NCBI GenBank assembly: GCA_051362555.1
Contig: CM120642.1
Coordinates: 32,178,001 to 32,242,000, forward strand
Length of the DNA stretch: 64,000 nucleotides
Reading direction: 5' to 3'
From: Lingula anatina
Taxonomy: Eukaryota > Animalia > Brachiopoda
The notes beneath the pieces are model-generated. The model saw only the letters and a list, made by a program, of their open reading frames with translations, had not been told where the DNA came from and ran no database searches. Positions 25,060 to 36,500 of the stretch are shown one piece after another. The position numbers and the translations under genes were made by a program. How positions within the stretch are numbered: the stretch's first letter is position 1; every line of letters starts with the position of its first letter.

Positions 25060-28000
25060 ATGGCTTATTACGGATACTACATACTAACGGCTGTCATTCC
25101 CGCGTCCATGTATTTCTCTAGTATTTTCACGAGTTGGGCTGAGTATGTGGCCGTGTTCAGTTCACCTACGTCAGATCTTTACAGTTCCTCGTCTGCTCTA
25201 GGTAAGTGACTGTCTATTTTGCTCGTGAGGGGGGGAGGGGGCATTAAGATATCAAAGTAAATTCATGTCATGTTCTATACATAGCAGTGTGGCTACACCT
25301 TATGCACAGGGTCCGTCCTTTTTGCTGCCTTGCAGGGGTAACTTCTACGATGATACTGTCGAACAAATCCACTGTGCGTAGGCTGGTTCAGCTAAAATCT
25401 GGTATAAAATCATTTGAAGAGAGTGAGCTATATTTTCTGTTTATTCTAGGTGAATATGCACTTGTTTACACGGCTTTGTCAAAATTCCTCCAAAACGGGC
25501 AATTGTATGAAAATGTAACATGCAGCCCTTAGACTGGGTTCCCAAACCTAGATCGATCTAACAGGATCGATCCATCTCCAAGGGGTTTCTCGGTAAATTG
25601 CTTTCAGCTTAAGCGACTTAGATGTCTAGTACACCTACTGAAGCTGCGAAACGAAAATTAATTACACCCTAACAGCTTCATTAGGCGTGTCAGACATCTA
25701 AGCCGCTTAGGTTAATTGCAATTAAGCGAGAATCCCCTTGGAGATAGATTGATCCACAGTTAGTACGATAGGGTATGAAATGGTCCCTTGAAAAACACAT
25801 CTCACTGGTGCCATCTCAGCATGGGTTATGTGTTTTTGAGTTACTGTTCAGTGATCAACACCCCAATAAAAAAGAAATAAAGGTTCGCACATAGACATTT
25901 CAGATACTCGTACATCAGTATGCAAAACACGTAGAAGTCACTTAAACACTAGCACAATCGTGTACGTAAAGCAGGTATGATACATCTTTTCTTTTCAGAT
26001 TAATTGGACTTACGTGTACTAAATATAGCGATACGTATTAAGTCAAAGTCAGTAGACAAAACAGAAAGTGGTATCATCAAACATAATCTTTCAGAAAAAT
26101 ACATTAAACTAATGTTTTGCTTGGCGTTTATTAAACCTAACGTAGTCAAACTAAATTCAAATTCAAGTATAATTAATGCACGTGCCGTTATAGTCATTCA
26201 TTCTTGCATGTTTTTATTATGTAAAGACTGCTACATCTTTAAAGGTTTATTGGACTTACTAAGAATAGATTATACGCAGTTCAACGAACTGACCAAAACA
26301 GAAATACGCTCTTATGGAAAATACGACATACAACGGGGTATCATCGCACACTATCTTAAAAAAAAAAAAAAAAAAAGACATGTTCATGTAAAGATATTAA
26401 ATAAAAGTAATGCTGCGTGTCATTAACTTTTACATTCTCGAAAATAATTTATAAGAATAAAACAAATTGCACATGCCGGGAAGAGTCTCTTATTTCATAT
26501 TCATGTATATTTAAGGACTTTCCTTAACAGCTGCGAATTAAAGGAAAAAGTATGAATTATTAATGATCGAACAAGGCTTTCCAAAAAAAAATATATATAT
26601 AGGTTGCATCAATTTTAATAGCCCAAGGTTGACTTCACCTATTTTGAATTTAAAATATTGCACTTACCTTATCGTTTCAGGCCTCAATCAGTCGCTGTAC
26701 CTAGCTTTCATCTTCGTGCCAAGCCATCTTACGAAGTTATTGGCAGATTTGCTTGGCAAGCCACTCGTAATACGGCTTGGGCTTGTTCTAATCTGTCTTG
26801 GACTATGCCTAAGTGCACTTGCTCCTAACATATATTTTCTGACAGTGTCTAGATCAGTTATTGTGGGAATTGGCATCAATTGGTTGATCACGCCGATTTG
26901 TTTTCTTATGGCCGAATGGTTTCCATGGCAACATCGTTTTCACGTGCTTGCAACGAGTTCCCAAGCGATAGCCAACCCTTTGGGTAAGAGTAAACAATTT
27001 TAGATGCATGTATGTACTCGAATGGCGTTCTGTTGAGTTTAAAGTTTATATAGGATGTTGTGAACGTAAGCTTTTGTAAACTGTGCTTAAACTGTTGACA
27101 GGCTTTTTATTTTAAGTTTTCGGTTCATATCATCCAACACTTAGTTGAAATTGTTACTTTCATAATAGGTCTACATACGTAAAAGAAGATGACAGATATT
27201 GTCTGGACTTCAATACAAGCGTGTGATTTATTTTTTCCATTTCTCTTTCGCTGTGAGGAGAAACTGGAAAGAAAAACTGGTTAATTGTGCAGTTCTTTTG
27301 TTCACTTTTCTGCATCCGCCATGTTGCTTTTGGAAAGTTGTTAAGACGGCGATGCACCCCCCCCCCCCTGCACCTATCATTGTATGTGTAGATATTAATC
27401 ACTCAAATGACCACAGTTATTTTCCAAGCAATTAATCTGACATGAAGGGTGATTTTTGCATGGTACTTCCTTGCCTGACTTTGTGCATACTAGTAATGGT
27501 ATGCGAATTCAAATAAGTCCCACCTTTTCTTCTTACAGGGATCGTCCTTTTCCCCCTAGCCATAAGATGGATCATTGAAATATCAAACTGGAGATATTCT
27601 TTCCTTTTTCTCGCCGGTACGGCTGCATTCTACGGCGTCATCATCGGATTGATCGTTCGAGATCCCAGGCCAGGCGAAGTGTCGAATCCAAAAAAGGATG
27701 ACGTCAAAAGCGATTTCACAGCATGGAGTGAACAGTCTAAGAATATCATTAAGTTTATATGGCTGGCCATTGCTGTCTGTAAAGGGATAAGCCAAAGTGT
27801 GATTTATACTTTTTTGGTGAGTCCTTAAGTCACTGCATCTCTTGAGAATAGATAATCTGAATACATTACATGGAATCCGCAGATGGTCTCCCCGCCTCCA
27901 CACGCACCGTCCCTGCAGGGGTCTAGCAATTACACCTCGGACCGTTTAATGTCGCGTGCAGAGGCGGAGAGACCATCAGCTGATTAGTCAGCTCTGCTTT

Positions 28001-30252
28001 TATGTGGGTCGACCATATTTGATCCGCAGATCTGTTAGTCCGCAGATGAACTTGGGGCCCAGTCAGAATAGGGCACTAACTAGTCCGAGGGTCAAATATG
28101 GCCGGCCCACTTGAATACTTTCCAACGGGATATCTATTCAGTGTCTATCAGCGGATTAGACGGCAAGCTTTGTAGTGGATTGCCGTTGTTGACCCTAGGA
28201 CTAGTTAGTCCCTTATTGTGAATGGGCCTTGTTCTTAATTTCCTTTTATTATAGGTTCAGTACGCAGAGGCCCAAGGTTTTAGGGGGCTGGAGTCAACGT
28301 ATCCTCTCACGGCCGATGGAGCGGCTGGATTCGTAGCCAGACTTCTTGTAGCAATGTTTGGAGACCTGATTAAAGGCCGTTTATTATATATGTACGTCGT
28401 TTGTGCTCTTATGCTGTCGACGGTCTGTTTCTTACTTCCCTTTGCAGCCTCTTTGTCAGGGTTTATTGTGTTTGGAGCAGGTGCGTAGACAATTTTTTTT
28501 TTTTTTTTTTTTTTTGCCACAAACAAACATCGTGGCCAGAGGTTTTAGAATTCTAAACCTGACAGGAAAACCTTAAATAGATTTTATTGTCCTCTTAGCA
28601 TTGTTTTGTTTATATAATATAATATTATATAACATTTGAGCGTTAGATTGTTAATATGTCATGGTTTGTAATCATCCTTCATTTTATATCTCTTCCTATC
28701 ATGGAAAACAGTTGTCCATACATTAAATTCCTTCGTAAATTCTGAAAACTTAAATAACACATTCATATTTTTTCAAAATGAATTTTAAAGTCAGTCCATT
28801 TAGTCTTCCCGTTGTAATTATTTCATTTAGTTACAATGACATTAATTAAATCACAATCTTAATTAAGAATAATTACACAGTTTATTTAATTCTTCAATAT
28901 TTTTGGTGTCTCTCAGTCTTACATTTGTCCGGCAAAGAGTCCACGGTTGCTGCTCTTACATCTACCTATGTAACATGCCAAAATATGTATACATAAGTCT
29001 GTTTTATAAAAATAAAGCAACAAATACTGAGTTTGTAAAAAACATATTTTAATGATTGTAATAAGTCTAAAAAAACTTAAATCTGGTAGTGAAAAACGAA
29101 GGATGGTGTGAGAACGATTTAATATTATGCTCGCCAAATACGCATGAATTCGTGCGAACCGGTGTAACGTGACAGAGAGTCCCCCATGACAGAGTCCGCT
29201 TCCCACTCATTTGTATAGGTGAGCCTCGCCCTAGATTTTGACCCGCTTTGGTCAGGCTAACCCTAACCATTATAACTAAATGGAGGTCGGACTTTCTCTA
29301 ACACGGACCCTCAGTTTTGTTACGCCGGTTCCACGCTGAAATAAATGTCATCAAAACTGTACCATCTTAGAAATCATATCTTTCAAATTTGTGTTTTAAA
29401 CTTCAAATGATTGTTCTTATGTCCTTTTTTAATGATTTTGAACAAAGTTTCGTTTTGTTTGTTAGTTAACAGAAGAATATACATATGAGACTTACCTATT
29501 TTGGCAACGTACATATTTTGGTAGGCCCCTTAAATAACTCATATTCAAGTTGGTGTTGAGAGAAACCACCATAATAAACAAGTGCATGCCACAGATAATA
29601 TTGTTCTTTACTGAAACATTTCGTTCAAATCTAGTTCTAGGCTCCGGTCAGGGTCCAATCATCGCTGCCTGGTACGCCGCTTGTAACGAGGTCCTTGGTG
29701 GAGAAAGCGTGCACGAGCTGTTTCTTTTACAACGTGTAGGATGGGGTATTGGTCTGGCTGCTGGGGGTCTAGTTGCTGGTAAGACCGCGACAGAATGATT
29801 GAATCAACGGCTTAGTGTTTTATGTACCAGTAACGGAGGCTGGAGAATTGCTTTTTTTATGTGATGGTTTTTTTATTGATGGGTTATGTTAATATGAAGT
29901 CAGAGCACCAGTAGATGCTTACAATCCGTAGTCCTCAATAACGGTAACGTTAACGTTTTGTCTGTGTGAGTTTAGCGAACTTCTCATTGTTCAATATACC
30001 TATCAAATTAAGCTTGTGAACCGCTTTAATTTGTTGTTTCCCTTTATTATCATTTCAGGTCTTATTCTAGACGTCTTTCAATCTTATCCCATGGTGTTCT
30101 TTGGCTTGGGGTTGTCTTACGGTTTTATACTACTCGGCCAAGTCGTCATTATCCTTTGGAACAAATATCGTGAAAAAGTCTCACCTTATTGTTCACAGAT
30201 GGTGTCACTGTCACTTACCAAAGACAGGCAACAATGGAGTGACTCAGAATGA
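25060..30252 (+). CDS. Divergent monocarboxylate transporter-like MFS protein (SLC16 family), ~428 aa
   Basis: Exons are 25060-25201, 26681-26983, 27539-27816, 28255-28480, 29635-29778 and 30059-30252, all GT-AG with matching phases and 1287 nt open. About 12 hydrophobic segments. SLC16-like LADLLGKPLVIRLGLVL..GLCLSALAPNIYFL....IVGIG, NWRYSFLFLAG, ARLLVAMFGD and GGLVAGLILDVFQSY. Confidence 0.85.
25536..25788. mobile_element. MITE with long imperfect inverted arms, in MCT intron 1
   Basis: GATCGATCCATCTCCAAGGGGTTTCTCG...TAAGCGACTTAGATGTCT...CTGAAGCTG pairs with CAGCTTCA...AGACATCTAAGCCGCTTA...CGAGAATCCCCTTGGAGATAGATTGATC. Confidence 0.75.
27882..27977. repeat. Inverted repeat / hairpin (24-bp arms, 21/24 match)
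   Basis: GATGGTCTCCCCGCCTCCACACGC ... GCGTGCAGAGGCGGAGAGACCATC, in MCT intron 3. Confidence 0.75.
28054..28228. mobile_element. Harbinger-like MITE, related to the element at 53.2 kb
   Basis: TIR GGCCCAGTCAGAATAGGGCACTAACTAGTCCGAGGGTCAA / TTGACCCTAGGACTAGTTAGTCCCTTATTGTGAATGGGCC. The internal CAAATATGGC..CCCACTTGAA..TCTATTCA.TGTCT..GGCAAGCTTT segments are shared with 53206-53402. Confidence 0.7.
29157..29330. mobile_element. Unclassified small TIR element with CCGG-type ends and an internal CTAACCCTAACC motif
   Basis: AACCGGTGTAACGTGACAGAGAGTCC pairs imperfectly with GGACCCTCAGTTTTGTTACGCCGGTT. Confidence 0.6.
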
Positions 30253-31708
30253 CAGAAAATGGATAAACTCATCATAAGTTTGCATGCCATTTAACAGAGC
30301 TGAGAGGGATCGCTAGTGAGTTTCGGGATAATTGGGAGGAAGTACATCTTTTCTATCTAGATATTCACAGACTATTTGCCACGTCTCTGTAAAAGACAAG
30401 GCTGAGCTCCAAAAACTGAATTAGTGTGTCGAGTCTTCCGATAATTATGCCATGTTGTCTCTTTTACACACAGTACACTTAAACTTTAATATATGCACCG
30501 AGTGTCTACATACCTTGGTTTTTTTCCTCCCAAATGCTCGCATGATACCGGTAGATGACTGCAGGTGCAGAGCTTGGAAAGGACAGCTCATGCATCTCAA
30601 ATTTGAGAATAATAGCAAATAAATAATCAAATACATAATCAATAAAACGTGAAAATGTGCTTTTGTTCTCTCTTTCTCTCTCTCTCTCATCCGATATGAG
30701 TCTCATTAGTTTGTTACGTTATTCAATGAAAGACCTGTGAGATTTGAGATAATCGAGCCATTTACTGTGAGCAACCACCGCGACCCTCACCCCCCCTCAC
30801 CCCCAGAAAAAATTGCACGGCAGCAGAGAGGACAAATGCGGGGTTAGGTGTTATCACACGGCTGGGTACCTGACGAAGGTCTGAAGTCCATGTACATGCT
30901 TAACAAAGAATGGGGTAAAAATACAAGTAAGATGGCGATTCACGATATTCATTACGAAAAGTTATCAAAATTAATTTAGTCACTGAACACTGAAGATTTA
31001 TTTATTACCCAAAAGAATGTATGTAAGTCAGTAAATATAGCGTTTTGGGCGAAGGGTGACAATATCCTTAAGTGCAATTTTGATTTAAATTTCATAACTA
31101 TTTTTCTGTCCAGTGTGGCGCTATCGTGAGTCACATCTTTTCCCATAACGCAACATTTTCCAAACCGGTGAACCACCAAATCACACCTAATGCATTCATC
31201 GGTTGACTGTGATCGTGTGCTATCGTGTTATCATCCCGGTGCGTTGTGTTGAAACGCTGTCACACTTTTAAGTTAAAAGTTCAGTCAAAAATTAACTACA
31301 TTACGGAGTAAGCTCTGCTTTCTTTTAAAATTCATGATTTCTTCGTTCCTACTATGGTGCACGTATGGTATTTTATATAAAAGCACATAACATAAAATAT
31401 CCTTGCAATGTATAAAGTATACATTAAACAAAACGATGACATGAAATGATATTTAAAACCCTAAGATGATAACTGTATTGCACCTTTAAAAAATCGCAAA
31501 AAGATATAAGGCTTAAACCTATATTCTTAAAAATATTTCTGTTAGTCTGATTCATTTCGTTTGGTCTCACTATTAACTCACTATAAAATCACAGTCACAA
31601 GGTAAAAAAGTTATGTCACATCTAAAAAGTATTGGAATGTGTCAACAGCAAAAGTTCTTTAACAAATATTAATATAATATACTAATGTATTCATTTAGTA
31701 GCTGTGTT

Positions 31709-33209
31709 TTAATTTGAAAACTGTAAAGGGTTTCTCGCTGTTTTAAAAGGCCCACTATTAGGTCTCCTGGGAGAGGTGCTAAAACCCGATGACACAGTAG
31801 GCTTCGTATCAACAATTCTATTGTCAAGTGTCACCTTGTCTCCTGTCACATCAACTAACTTCATGTTAGAAATGTCCTGTAGGCTATTAATACACCCGGG
31901 TGATGACATCCCATTCGTAATTGTTGAAACAGAGTGCCTCACACTTTCGTGTGACAAAGTTTCAATTGGTGAAGTATCTTTGGCTTGTTCAGAGGATACA
32001 ACGTTCACAAGATGCTGAGCAGTTCCATATTTATTCTGCTGTGGTGTATTTGGGGATGTAGGTCCAACAAAACTTTCTGAAAAGGGGCTTCTCGCATTCT
32101 TTAGTCTTGCAGTTTCCAAAGAAACCTCAGGCTTCATTTTCACTTTATAAGATTCACAGCCAGGATAAGTTTTTGACTCGGTAAAACTTTTATTTTCAGG
32201 ACTTGTTTGTAAAGAAGCACAACCATCACTACCAGGGTGTCTACCAGTCTTCAGCATGTCTCTCCACGCTGTCCTGTGAGACAGAGAGCCAGGGGATACA
32301 TCTTGGTCCAACTGGGACTCAGATACTGTTTGAGCTGGACTTTTCACTTCAAAACTTAGCCGTGTCTGTGCGTTTTCTGTCTTCTGTCCAGTTTCCCGTT
32401 TTATTTTCTGGGCAGAAGGTTGCCTGGATTTCTTCTTGCCTGATTTATGACCCAAGCTTGTTGACCCTGCTTTACAACTTGTGCTGTAGGAGGATTATAA
32501 ATTATCCCATGGATAATATTGAATTGTAAACATGCTATTTCTCAGTTAAAAAGTTTGCAAGAAAGTTCTCGAATATGTAAGCCATAAGCAGTAATATCTA
32601 GAGATTTTTTTTATACGTGAATGTCTATTTTTTCACTGATTTGATTCCTTTGTTTTATATCAAAGGGGTATTCATACTTGGGTTATTCAGAGGATGCAAC
32701 GTTCACAAGATGCTGATTGGCAAAATTATTTGTATGTTAGTCTAAATTCCACATTTACAAATGCTGTCAATTACCTTTCCGAGCAACAACTAATCAATAT
32801 CACTACTCATTTTAAATTTTTTTTCTTCCCAGTACGCAATTAGAAACTTTTTCCAATTTTTTCTTTTTGCCTTACCATTCTTGCAGTAACTCCTCCAGCA
32901 CTGCAATGTCCAGGGAAAATGGTTCTCCTTCTGTTGCATCAGCAGTAAATACACAGGGCTGAAGCTTTTCCATTGCAGCAACTAATTTGTTCCATTTCTC
33001 GTTGCCATCAACTTGACCAGCACCTAAATACAAAAGTTTAAATTTGTGGATTACTGACTAATATTTTACATTTATGATTCAGAGATTTAAGTGGCTCTTT
33101 TTAAAAAATTCTTAAAATATAAGTCCTGAAGTTGCACAGGGGTACAGTGGGGAAGGGAGGGCAAAAATTCACCACCTACATATACCAATATATTGTGAGG
33201 ACTTTTATC

Positions 33210-33243
<34 letters not shown>

Positions 33244-33523
33244 CTACAAAACTGATCTCTCCCACCTAACCCTACCACCTGAAAAGTTAAAATTTAATTC
33301 ACAAAAAAAGATCTCTGATCTCTCCCACCTAACCCTACCACCTGAAAAGTTAAAATTAAATTCACAAAAAAAGATCTCTGATCTCTCCCACCTAACCCTA
33401 CCACCTGAAAAGTTAAAATTAAATTCACAAAAAAAGAAAAAAAAGGAGCAATAACATTCACACCATATTCTTCACTACATCACCTCTGACATCTGTATCC
33501 ATCATCCTGGTGCTAGTTTGCAT

Positions 33524-33580
<57 letters not shown>

Positions 33581-36500
33581 TCACGAAAATTAATACAAGA
33601 CATGTACAACACAATAAGAGACAAATACACCTTCCACACACCATTCACACACTACAAACGAAGTTCTTACAAATGTTGATTAAAATTACATGTAGAATTT
33701 TTTTTTAAATAAAAGAATCTTATTAGGCCTAGTCTACAACAAATGTTCTTTTTTATTCATATCAATATTTTTTCTATACTGTCCCATTTTTTCCTTAGAT
33801 TATCTGCCTTTTGAGGACCCAGTAGGTATAAAGATTGAAAATCTATTATCTTTTGCTTTTCCAAATACTTTTTGCAGGCATTCCAAAGAGGTGTACTTTT
33901 ATTTTGTCTACATAAAGTGAAATATTTCTTTATATAGAGAAGTAGTAGATTAATACCTAAGAGAGGGCTGTCGTCCAGGATTCCAAATATAAACAAGCAC
34001 GGTTGATGTTTTAATTCAACAGAGTACTGTGTACGTAGGTTCTGAATGAGACAAGTCCAAATAGCTTGAACATATGTACAGTCCCAGAAAATATGCAATA
34101 AAGTTTCTTTTGGGTCATTACAGAAAGTGCATCGCTCATGTTCTAACATATTGTATTTAAAAAGCATCGAGTTCGTAAAATAAATTCTATGTAAAATTCT
34201 AAATTGCAATGTGAGAAGTTTATGATCATTGGTTTCTCGAAAGGGCAATGCATGAACTAGCTTCCACTTTTCACTTGGAAAATCAATGTTCAGCTTTTCC
34301 ATCCACTTATTATGGATGTTAAGAGGTATTGCTTCCTTATCCGAAATAAATTTCGGGTAAAAGAGTTTCGTTAATTTGTTTTTCGATTTTAATAATACGA
34401 GATTTTTATTTGTTATTGCTGCAAGATTCTTTTGACACCCTCTTATAACAGTTTTCCAGGCAGAAGGTAAAGCGCTGATGACGGCTTGATAGTCAAGGAA
34501 ATTACAATCTATATTATATTCATCACAAAAAACGTCTAGACTTTTTACTGAACCAGTATTATCAATCAGGTCATTAACGTAAAGCACTCCTTTTCGAAAC
34601 CAAGGTTTATAGAAGATTATCTTTTTATTAATCTTAATATGATCATTTCCCCATAAAGGTTGTGCTAGGATATCATCCGGAGAAGTAGTAGAAAATTCTT
34701 GCACAGAAGCCCATATTCCCAAAATCTCTTTCCAGAAAGTATTTAGTATATTAATATTGCGTATAGACTGTAGGCCCTTCGAGGGAAGTAGCAATACGTC
34801 AATTCCCCCGATTTCCGCAATCTCATCCATCAAAAGAGTTTTCCACGAAGAATAATTATGTGGATTTACCAATTTCTTTAGCCATATCAATTTAAGAGCT
34901 TTACAGAAGGATTTCACCTCGGGGACCTTTAATCCACCGTTTTCATAAGAATTAATCATAACATTTCTCTTAACTTTATCTATTTTACTGTTCCAAATAA
35001 AGCGATAAAAAACTCGCTCCAAATCTTTAAAAAAAAGATCAGCAGGCATAGGAAGGACAGTTAATATTTGGATGATGGTAGGGAGTGCCAAGGATTTTAA
35101 AATAGTTACTTTACCTAGGAGTGAAATGTGACGGAACGACCAATCATTTAACAACGATTTGATGGAATGTAATTTTTCTTTAAAATTTTCTTCATAAATG
35201 TCATCCTTTGCTAGGTTATACCAAATACCCAGTAGTTTAAATTTCCCACTATGATTCCAAAATATACTTTTAGAGGTTTGATACTCCTCACCACAGCAGC
35301 GCTTTGCTCCAATCCAAACAGCCTGGCTTTTTTCAAAGTTTATTTTCAATCCTGAACATTGAGAGAACAATTCTAGCATATCCAGAGCTGCATTCAATGA
35401 CTCTCTATCATCTGCTAGATGAAGCGTAGAGTCATCTGCGTATTGTGTAATGACGTATTCTGAGTTATTCAGTAAGATCCCTTTTATGTTTGGATCAAAT
35501 TTGACCGCCGCGCTGAGCAATTCTATGCAGATAATAAATATGTAAGGGGACAGAGGATCACCCTGTCTAACACCCCGACTGACATTAAAGAATTCTGTTA
35601 GATGTCCATTATTTTCCACTGCAGTGGAAACATTGGAGTAAAGGGTTTTGAACCAGTTTTGAATATCTTCACTAAAATTAAAAAATTTAAGACACTGCAA
35701 AATATATGCCCACTCTACAGAATCAAAAGCTTTTTCGAAATCTAGCATTAATAAAATTCCTGAAATGTCATCTTTTTCTGTTTTATGGATGATATCTTGA
35801 ATAGTTCTGGAACATTCGCCTATATACCGACCTTTAACAAATCCAGCCTGTGTAAAAGAGATTATATCGTCAATGTGTAATTGGATTCTGGCTGCTATGC
35901 AAGCAGAAGCAAGTTTGTAATCAACATTCAGCAAAGTAATTGGACGCCAATTCTTAAGGAATACTTTCTCCTTCCCCTCTTTTGGTATACACTTGATTAT
36001 ACCTTGGCGTTGAGATGTAGACATTGACTGTACCTCAAAGGATTTATTCAGTGACCTAAGCAGAGGCTCTTTAAGATCAGTCCAAAAGAATTTATAGAAT
36101 TCTACCGTATAGCCATCTAAACCAGGAGATTTTCCATTCTTCATTTTCTTAAGTACTTTGAGACATTCTGTTTGGGACAGAGAGCCATTCATAGTAATCT
36201 TTTTTTCTTCTGGAAGTTTTTTAATAAATGGATTTTCGTCATTGAAAAAGGTATAACTATGGACGTTATCCATTAGAGTGTCTTTTGATTGGTATAAATC
36301 GCTATAGTAGCTTTTTTGTTCTTTTAAGATATCGTGAATATTTGTTATTTCTTTTCCGTCCTTCCTCCTCAATTTAGATATCGATTTCTCACAATAATTC
36401 CTTTTTTCTAAATTAAGAAAATATTTTGAACTTTTTTCTCCTTCTACTTTCCATTTTGCTTTTGCCCTTAAAATAATCCCCTCAATTTTTTTGTCACGTA

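Noticed and set aside
26004-26426. 140-aa plus-strand ORF in MCT intron 1 (similarly 23828-24208)
   Set aside because: AT-rich with no recognisable domain, and the flanking MCT exons join in phase without it.
30840-31490. Possible TTAA-flanked (Kolobok/piggyBac-like) transposon ends; similar remnants near 19.7-20.5, 38.6-38.8 and 42.7 kb
   Set aside because: Only single termini or generic repeat-like texture are visible. I could not establish a matching TIR pair or TSD.
31709-32455. 248-aa ORF as an independent single-exon gene or LINE ORF1
   Set aside because: It starts at TTG, not ATG. It is preceded by an in-phase acceptor at 32483 that joins RRM-gene exon 6, and it lies outside the TSD, 3' of the element.
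33252-33436. Spaced direct repeats as a CRISPR array
   Set aside because: The units are contiguous and near-identical with no unique spacers, the context is eukaryotic and there are no cas genes.
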